Part shown: one piece after another, positions 1 to 7,300 of the stretch
How the letters are laid out: each line of letters begins with the position of its first letter
Position numbering within the stretch: the stretch's first letter is position 1
The notes under the pieces: generated by a model
Told to the model about the DNA's origin: nothing
The model's database searches: none
The model's input: only the letters and a program-made list of their open reading frames with translations
Translations under genes and position numbers: made by a program
NCBI GenBank assembly: GCA_007126245.1
Contig: SLBP01000069.1
Coordinates: 1 to 48,580 of the forward strand
Direction of reading: 5' to 3'
DNA from: Planctomycetales bacterium
GTDB lineage: Bacteria > Planctomycetota > Planctomycetia > Pirellulales > Thermoguttaceae
DNA: 48,580 nucleotides

Positions 1-1425
1 CTCGTGGGTGAGCATGGAGAGGGGGTTCGTCTGGTCCACGACCTGGGAGAGCTCCCCCCGGCCGAAGAAGTACTCGATGGCCGCGGAAATGCTCTTCGGG
101 TTGACGAGGCTGCGGGGCGTCATGTCCTCGACGTCCTTGAGGCTCATCCGCTCCTGGACCGTGCGCCGCAGCTTGAGGAACCCCTTGCGGAGCTCGTCGC
201 AGGCCAGTTCGTCGATGGTCCGCAGCCGCCGGTTTCCGAGGTGGTCGATGTCATCCACCTCCACGCCGGGATCGTCGCTCCGCAGCCGCAGCAGGTAGCG
301 CATGGCGGCGATGAGATCCTCGGCCCGCAGCGTCATCTCCTCCTCGGAGACGTCCAGCCCCAGCTTGCGGTTGATGCGGAAGCGGCCCACCCGCCCCAGC
401 CGGTAGCGGTTCGTGTCGTAGAACTTCTCGTGGAAGAGGACTTTGGCCTTCTCCAGTTGCGGCGGATTCCCGGGGCGGAGCCGCTGGTAGATCCGCAGCA
501 GGGCCTCTTCGTGGCTCGCCGTGGGGTCTTCAGCAAGGGTGTTCAGGACGAGGAGGTTCTTCGTGTCGGGCATGACCTCTAGAGACCTCAGGCCCGAAGT
601 GCAGATCTGTTCGGCGGCGTTCTTGCTGATCTTCTGGCCGCACTCGACGATGATTTCCCCGGCGCGCTCGCTCTCCGGGGGGTAGACCACGTCGGTGACG
701 GCCCGCTTCCCTTCGACCTTGCTCACGCTGCGGCCATCGACGATGGCCTCCACGCTCGTCTCGTAGAAGGCGCGGATGATGTCGGCGTTCTGGCTGTAGG
801 CCGGGTCCATGGCCCGCAGCAGGGTCATCGCCGAGAACTTGCCGCTCTGGTCGATGCGGACGGTGAGGCTCTCCTTGCGGGTGACGTTCATCTCGATCCA
901 GCTTCCCCGCTCGGGGATGATCCGGCACCTGTGCATCCGCCGCCCGCCCGCGTCGGTGTCGAAAACAACGTCCACGCCGGGACTGCGGTGAAGCTGGCTG
1001 ACAATCACGCGCTCGGCGCCGTTGATGATGAATTCGCCGCCGCCCAGCATGATGGGGATGTCGCCCAGGTAGACCTCCTCCTCGACAGGTTGCTCCTTGA
1101 TCAGGCGGAGCAAGACCTTGAAGGGCCGCCCGTAGGTGAGCCGCAGCTGGCGGCACTCATTGGGTTCGTACCGGGGCTTGCCCAGTTCGTAGCGGACGAA
1201 CTCCAGGCGGAGCGACTTGTTGTAGCTCTCGATAGGGAAGATTTCCCGCAACACCCCTTCGATTCCCTGGTCCTTGCGCTTCTGCCAAGGGACATCCGAC
1301 TGGAGAAACTCCGCATAGAAGTGAGTCTGGATGGTCGTCAGACCCGGCAGCGGCATTGGAGGCCGAAGGCTGCCAAAGCGCCGGACATCCTCGACGACAA
1401 GGCGTCGCTGAGAAGAAATGGCCAT
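1..1425 (-). CDS. rpoB: DNA-directed RNA polymerase subunit beta, N-terminal 475 codons (gene continues beyond window start)
   Basis: Not in the supplied ORF track because no stop falls inside the window. Reverse-complement translation from ATG at 1425..1423 gives [20 protein letters not shown]... uninterrupted to position 1. It contains rpoB-typical stretches ([76 protein letters not shown]). GGAGG lies a few nt upstream of the ATG. Confidence 0.9.
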   Translation of the reverse strand, partial: MAISSQRRLVVEDVRRFGSLRPPMPLPGLTTIQTHFYAEFLQSDVPWQKRKDQGIEGVLREIFPIESYNKSLRLEFVRYELGKPRYEPNECRQLRLTYGRPFKVLLRLIKEQPVEEEVYLGDIPIMLGGGEFIINGAERVIVSQLHRSPGVDVVFDTDAGGRRMHRCRIIPERGSWIEMNVTRKESLTVRIDQSGKFSAMTLLRAMDPAYSQNADIIRAFYETSVEAIVDGRSVSKVEGKRAVTDVVYPPESERAGEIIVECGQKISKNAAEQICTSGLRSLEVMPDTKNLLVLNTLAEDPTASHEEALLRIYQRLRPGNPPQLEKAKVLFHEKFYDTNRYRLGRVGRFRINRKLGLDVSEEEMTLRAEDLIAAMRYLLRLRSDDPGVEVDDIDHLGNRRLRTIDELACDELRKGFLKLRRTVQERMSLKDVEDMTPRSLVNPKSISAAIEYFFGRGELSQVVDQTNPLSMLTHE

Positions 1426-2375
1426 AACGTGTCATCCTCCGACGCATATCATGCTGTTACTTACCTTCCGACTCGGGTATTCCCGAGTCCCGCCGCCTCG
1501 AGCGACGATGCATGCCCTATGCCTCCTCACTCTCGATGCGGGACCGGACGTGCCCCCCCCAAATGGCCAGCGCAATGGACCGCGACCCTAGGCTGGGCTC
1601 GCCTGACTGCAGCCCAAGAATACCGGAATAATGGCCGCCCGCGGCTCTCGCTTGAGTCGCTCGTTGCCCTTTATCACTTCCTTGACCGGCCGTCTTGCGC
1701 GCCTGGTAGGGTGGCCACTATGTGCCAACTAGGCCCGGTCTCGTTGAGAATGGTAATCTCCGGCGATGCCACCCAGGCAGCGCCAGAATTGAGCCCGCGT
1801 GTAAACGTCTTCGACTTGGCGGCCCAACGCCTCCTTGTGCTCGATCAGCTCGCCGGAGTGAACACTGGGCATCCAAACCATTGATGTTCGCCAGAACAGC
1901 AAGACTCCCGGTGACGCCTCGGTCGCGTCACACCTCGTAGCGACCGCACACGCACGGGTCTGGGTCGCCCACTTAATTCCGCGAGTGGGTTTCTGGCGTG
2001 TCTTGCATAAGCGGCTCCCCTTGCATCGAGTTGGACCGCGCGGCGTGACGAATTGCACGCGATAGCGCGTCAGACTGCATTTCGCCTCTCCTCCCCAGCG
2101 GCCACTGATCATTCGAGTACACTCAATATAGCTTTTTGCCACCATTGGGCAATCCCACTTTGGGGCTAACATTAGGCAGCCCTTAGTGCGGGCAAAATTG
2201 GTCGATCGTAACCATTGGCAGACAATCGGACACGATGTTACACCCGACATCAGCCAACGTATGGCACAGATATGCTAGCTCCTTGGGCGGGAAACCTTGC
2301 CTTAATGGATTGTTACGTTATGATGAGTCGTCGATACTCGAGGACAGTCGACAACTCATGCAAGGAGGTGATCTC

Positions 2376-2621
2376 ATGGCGAGTTTACATCAAGCGGTAC
2401 GTTGCAAGCCCGCTCGCTCCCTCGTGGTAGAGTCAGCCCGTCGGCGTCTCAGTCGTAGCTGCTACCGGCAAATCCGGCAAGTTATCTGCCGTTACCATGA
2501 AGGTGTGCTTTTTCTTCATGGTCACCTCTCTTCCTACTATCTAAAGCAGCTCGCCCAGGAAGCTGTACAGGGTTTGGAGGGAGTGGAAGAGATCGTCAAT
2601 TGTATTGAGGTGGAGCGCTGA
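2376..2621 (+). CDS. small BON-domain (OsmY-like) protein, 81 aa
   Basis: Track ORF 2235..2621. A strong SD (AAGGAGGTGA) lies 5 nt before the in-frame ATG at 2376. The C-terminal ...GVLFLHGHLSSYYLKQLAQEAVQGLEGVEEIVNCIEV matches the BON-domain pattern. The gene sits in a local low-GC stretch. Confidence 0.45.
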   Translation: MASLHQAVRCKPARSLVVESARRRLSRSCYRQIRQVICRYHEGVLFLHGHLSSYYLKQLAQEAVQGLEGVEEIVNCIEVER

Positions 2622-2728
2622 TGGGACGGAAGGAGTCAGTTCCGTCGAATCACCGTGCGATATTGCTGTCGTAGGATTCAGGAGTTCTTGAAAGAGTGCC
2701 GTATGAAGGCAGCAGGAGGTGGCCGTAA

Positions 2729-3304
2729 GTGGAAGTACTGCTGACCTGTTTTGCGATCTTTACTGCCAAGGTTGCCCATGTCAGCCTCGCGACAATACGC
2801 ATCATCTATTTGACCAAGGCCAATGGCACGACGGCGGCGGTCATCGGTTTTGTTGAAACTATCGTGTACGTCATTGCCTTGAGCATGGTTTTGAGCAACC
2901 TCGACCGATGGGAAAACATCGTGTGCTACGGGTGCGGCTTTGCATCGGGAATTGTCGTGGGCAGCATGATTGAGGAGAAGATTGCTATTGGCACCGTTCA
3001 TGTTCAAATCGTAGCGCCGCAAAACGGCGGGCATGTTCAAGAAATGTTGCGTGAACATGGATTCGGTGTGACTTCGATTCCCTGCCAGGGGAAGACAGGA
3101 AAGCATCTGATCAACCATGTCATTATGAAACGAAAGAGGCTGGGGGAGCTATTCAAGCTAATACAAGATCATCACCCAGAAGCCTTTGTGTCGGTTCTTG
3201 ATGCCCGCCAGACCATGGGTGGCTACGAAGAAGGGGCGACTACGAGGCGGGGAACAGCGCTTGAGAGGGATGCTGTTGTCGAGGCCAGGGGGGACGCGAA
3301 ATAG
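2729..3304 (+). CDS. UPF0316/DUF2179-family membrane protein (YebE-like)
   Basis: Track ORF 2729..3304 with a GTG start and AGGAGG 9 nt upstream. It has N-terminal hydrophobic helices and the family-like motif ...VSLATIRIIYLTKANGTTAAVIGFVETIVYVIALSMVL...GFASGIVVGSMIEEKIAIG, followed by a soluble C-terminal domain. GC is about 50%, far below the surrounding DNA. Confidence 0.55.
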   Translation: MEVLLTCFAIFTAKVAHVSLATIRIIYLTKANGTTAAVIGFVETIVYVIALSMVLSNLDRWENIVCYGCGFASGIVVGSMIEEKIAIGTVHVQIVAPQNGGHVQEMLREHGFGVTSIPCQGKTGKHLINHVIMKRKRLGELFKLIQDHHPEAFVSVLDARQTMGGYEEGATTRRGTALERDAVVEARGDAK

Positions 3305-3322
3305 CAGAGCGCAGAGCTGCCC

Positions 3323-3364
3323 GGGAGGCACCTCCCGAGTTCGGCCCGGCAAAAATACCGGGCC
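3323..3364. terminator. two adjacent short GC hairpins (GGGAGG-CA-CCTCCC; GGCCCGG-caaaaata-CCGGGCC) between convergent genes
   Basis: Inverted repeats read directly at 3323-3336 and 3343-3364. They lie just downstream of the UPF0316 stop (3304) and downstream of the decayed 3' end of the giant minus-strand gene. There is no clear U-tract, so intrinsic-terminator function is tentative. Confidence 0.25.
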
Positions 3365-3486
3365 GCCGGTGGAGGTGCAGCAGGAGTCTCCCGGTGTTGC
3401 GGTTGAACTCGCGAGCTCTGGTCGGCTGCCGTCGTAGTGTCCTGCCTCCGCTTGAACTGCGAGAGCACGTAGCCGTTTTAACGCCC

Positions 3487-3751
3487 GCTGGATCGCTTCC
3501 TGGTCGGAGACCAATTGGAACACCGTCGTCCCATCCACGGCCTCCCGCCTCGCCGCCTGGCCCGAGGCTCGCTGGACGAGTGCGCAGAGGGCAGGGCCCT
3601 CAGTTTGCTCGGAGATGAAGTCGACGCTGCCATCTGCGAAGGCGGCGTGAAATCCGTTGCTGCAGAGGTCGCCCAGGTGGGCAAACGGGTCCTCCGGATC
3701 GAAGGAAAAATCACGCCTGGTCCACGGAACCTCCCGCTTGGCTTCGCCCAA
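3487..3751 (-). pseudogene. decayed C-terminal fragment of a sixth DUF1559 module (out of frame with the giant upstream ORF)
   Basis: The first 88 codons of track ORF 3158..3751 (AKREVPWTRRDFSFDPEDPFAHLGDLCSNGFHAAFADGSVDFISEQTEGPALCALVQRASGQAARREAVDGTTVFQLVSDQEAIQ) are nearly identical to the end of DUF1559 module 3 in the giant protein. The DNA at 3487-3760 is about 95% identical to 5575-5840. About 360 bp relative to 5850-6190 is missing near 3760, which breaks the frame. Confidence 0.6.
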
Positions 3752-4320
3752 AAGGATTGTGCTCCTCGCCGGGCCCCTGGAGAACGGCGGGTGGATAGCC
3801 GCGGCGGCTGTCGTGATACGAAGTCAGGCCAAATACGAGCTTGCGAAGGCGACTTGCCGTCTCCGAATCGGGCAGAGATGGGCGTTCGGCAGTCCAGCTC
3901 GTGATGTCGTCCGCGGTGCCGTCCTCCCCGTCGGGACCCAGCGACCAGATGAGCGGCTTCTCGCTGTCGGTGCCGCGGGTGGGCGGGTGTTCGTACCGGT
4001 ACTCGTTTCCCCAGGGGTCGCGGGGGACGACGTCGGACCGCACGTAGGGACCGTTCCAGGCCGCGTCTTCCGGCAGGCCGGCGGGCCGTTCGATCAGCGC
4101 ATGCAGGCCTTCCTCCGTGGTGGGATAACGGCCGCAGTCGAGCCGGAATAGCTCCAGGGCCTGCTGGAGATTCTGGATTTGCTTCTGGGTCGATATGTGC
4201 TCCTTGTCGGGCCGAACTGTCTGTTTGATGATTACCTCCACGCCCGCCTTGCTGAGTACATCGAGGAGCTCTCGAACTGACGTATAAGGGGTATCAGCTG
4301 AGGCCTCGACGATCGTTCGG
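3487..4320. repeat. intragenic segmental duplication, copy B (GspG-like domain 2 + truncated DUF1559 module 5 and remnant)
   Basis: See copy A. Matching runs include 3761-4180 vs 6161-6580 and 3487-3750 vs 5581-5840. Confidence 0.7.
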
Positions 4321-7300
4321 GCGGGCTGCCGGTCTTCGAGCAGTTGGCGTAACGCTACCAGGTCGTACCGCCGACCGTCGACGCGGATCGCCCCGCTGGC
4401 GTCGATCTCGATTACCGGCCAGTCTATCTCATCCACCGAAGAGCGCGGCGGCGCGGGAGGGGGAGCGGCCAATTCGAATTTCGTGGCGCCGTCGACGGTC
4501 TCCCGCTTCACCGGCTGGCCCGAGGCCCGCCGGAAGAGCACCGAGAGAGCGTCTCCTTCGGTCTTCTCGGAAACGAAGGAGACGCTGCCGTCGGCGAAGA
4601 GGGCATGGAAGCCACCGGGGAAGTAGCTGCCCAGCTCGGGCAACGGCTCGTCCGGATGGAAGGGGAGATCCCCCGGTTTCGTCCAGGGGACCTCCCGCTC
4701 TGCCTCGACCAGGAGGATAGTATTCGACGTGCCGTCAAAGAACGTGGTAATCGGTACTCCCTCGTTCTCCCGCTGAGCGGCATCCGCCGGAGGTGCAATA
4801 GACGCAGATCCGCTCATTCCCCCCATTTCCATAGGCCTCTGTTGGGGCGGCGACGGGTCCCAGGCGGTGCCCGGGCCAACAAGGGCGAACACCGAGGTAT
4901 TCGTCGACTCGTCCGTGTCCTGCGGGGAACGGTAGACTTCGGGCATCTGGTCAAGCAGCGCGAGATTGTGCGGGCTGTCCCAGGGCTCGTCGCGGCGGTA
5001 CTGCTCGTACAGGTCCGCGGCATCGAGGAACGGCAGGAGCGCTATCCGCCAACTGTAAGAGGTGTCGTTCGGCCCACGGAGGGTCGCAGGTGGGAACCTC
5101 CCGTGCATGTCGTGGTATTCGTGCAGCGCAATGCCGAGCTTCGCGAGACGCCCGGCTGCCTCCTGCCGGAGACTCGTCTCGGGAGAAAGGTCGGGCTGGC
5201 CGGCGGGAAACGACGGCGGCTTCGTTGCCGGTCCGACTCCGACGCGGCGCAAGTCCCAGACCTCATGGCGTCCGTCCCCCGCGGAGTCCATGGCGGCGGG
5301 CCGCTCCCTCCCCTCCGGGTCGATAGCAATCCGCAGGCGATGGAGGTCCAGTTCATAGATCGCCGCAAAACTGTGCTCCCGGCCACGAGACGTTGAGATC
5401 AGGTCGATCGCCTGCCGCTGGGGATCGAGCTCGAAGCGGCCGACGCGAATGGTATCTTGGCCGCGATCCCATTCCACCAACTCGTACCGGTCCTCTCGAA
5501 ACGTGACCGTTCGCGGTCCGGAACGGAGCTGGACCCGCTCCTGGCCACCGCGCATCACGGAAAGGAATTCCCAGGTCCCCTGGATCGCTTCCTGGTCGGA
5601 GACCAATTGGAACACCGTCGTCCCATCCACGGCCTCCCCCCTCGCCGCCTGGCCCGAGGCTCGCTGGACGAGTGCGCAGAGGGCAGGGCCTTCAGTTTGC
5701 TCGGAGATGAAGTCGACGCTGCCGTCCGCGAAGGCGGCGTGAAATCCGTTGCTGTAGAGACCGCCCAGGTGGGCAAACGGGTCCTCCGGATCGAAGGAAA
5801 TGTCGTCAGGTCGGGTCCACGGAACCTCCCGCTTCGCTTCGACCAGAAGGATCGTGTTCATCGCGCTGTCATGCATCAAGGGGAGGGGCACCCCCTGCGC
5901 AGGGGCTTCGTCCGCTGGGGGCACATTCAATCCGGCGTCCACGAGTTCTTCAGTGCACGGCGGGTCCCAGGCCGTGCCGGGACCCACGAGCGCAAAGACC
6001 GAAGTGTTTGTCGAGTCTTCCGCGTCTCGTGGGGAACGGTAGACCTCGGGCATCCTGTCCAGGAGGGCGAGGTTGTGGGGGCTGTCCCAGGGCTCGTCGC
6101 GGCGGTATTGGCTGTAGAGATCGCTCTCGCCGACCATGGGGAGCAGTGCCACCCGCCAACTGTAGGGTTCCTCGCCGGGCCCCTGGAGAACGGCGGGTGG
6201 AAAGCCGCGGCGGCTGTCGTGATACGAAGTCAGGCCAAATACGAGCTTGCGAAGGCGCCTTGCCGTCTCCGAATCGGGCAGAGACGGGCGTTCGGCAGTC
6301 GAGCTTGTGATGTCGTCCGCCGTGCCGTCTTCTCCATCCGGACCTGAGGACCAGAGAAGCGGCTTCTCGCTATCGGTGCCGCGGGTGTGCGGGTATTTGT
6401 ACCGATACTCGTTGCCCCAGGGATCGCGGGGGACGGCGTCGGACCGCACGTAGGGACCGTTCCAAGCGGCATTCTCCGGCAGGCTACTGGGCCGTTCGAT
6501 CAGCGCGTGCAGGCCTTCCTCCGTGGTGGGATAACGGCCGCAGTCGAGCCGGAAGAGCTCCAGTGCCTGCCGCAGGTTCTGGATTTGCGTCTGGGCCGAA
6601 ATGTGATCGATCTGATCCTTGTCAGGCTGAAGTGCCCGTCGTAAGAGAGTGACTTCCACGCGCATGCGGGTGAGTAGCTCGAGGATCTCCCTAATCGGCG
6701 CGTAAGGGGTATCGGGCGAGGCTCGGATGAGTGCTCGGCGAGGCCTCTGATCTTCAAGCAGTTGGCGAAACGCTACCAGGTCGTACTGTTCGCCGTCGAC
6801 GCGGATCGCCCCGCTGGCGTCGATCTCGATGACGGGCGGCGCACGCGGCCGCGCGGGAGGGGGAGCGAGCAGCTCGAATACAGTCGCGCCGTCGACGGTC
6901 TCCCGCTTCACCGGCAGGCCCGAGGCCCGCCGGAAGAGCGCCGAGAGAGCGTCTCCTTCGGTCCTCTCGGAAACAAAGGAGACGCTGCCGTCGGCGAAGA
7001 GGGCATGGAAGCCACCGGGGAAGTAGCCGCCCAGCTCGGGCAACGGCTCGTCCGGATGGAAGGGGTAATCCTCCGGTTTCGTCCAGGGGATCTCCCGCTC
7101 CGCCTCGACCAAGAGAATGGTATTCGATGTGCCGTCACGGATCTCTTGAATTGGCACTCCTTTGGCATCGGCCGGAAGCCCTCCCCCCATCGCCATTGTC
7201 ATCATTGCCCTTGTTGTAGCCGGGTCCCAGACAGTGCCGGGGCCGACGAGGGCGAAGACCGAGGTGTTGGTCGAGTCGTCGACGTCCTTTGGGGAACGGT

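Noticed and set aside
1729-2250. 173-aa minus-strand ORF and 2215..2430 (+) in the rpoB leader
   Set aside because: Cys/Trp/Arg-rich translation, no SD, and no homology recognisable. The region is treated as non-coding.
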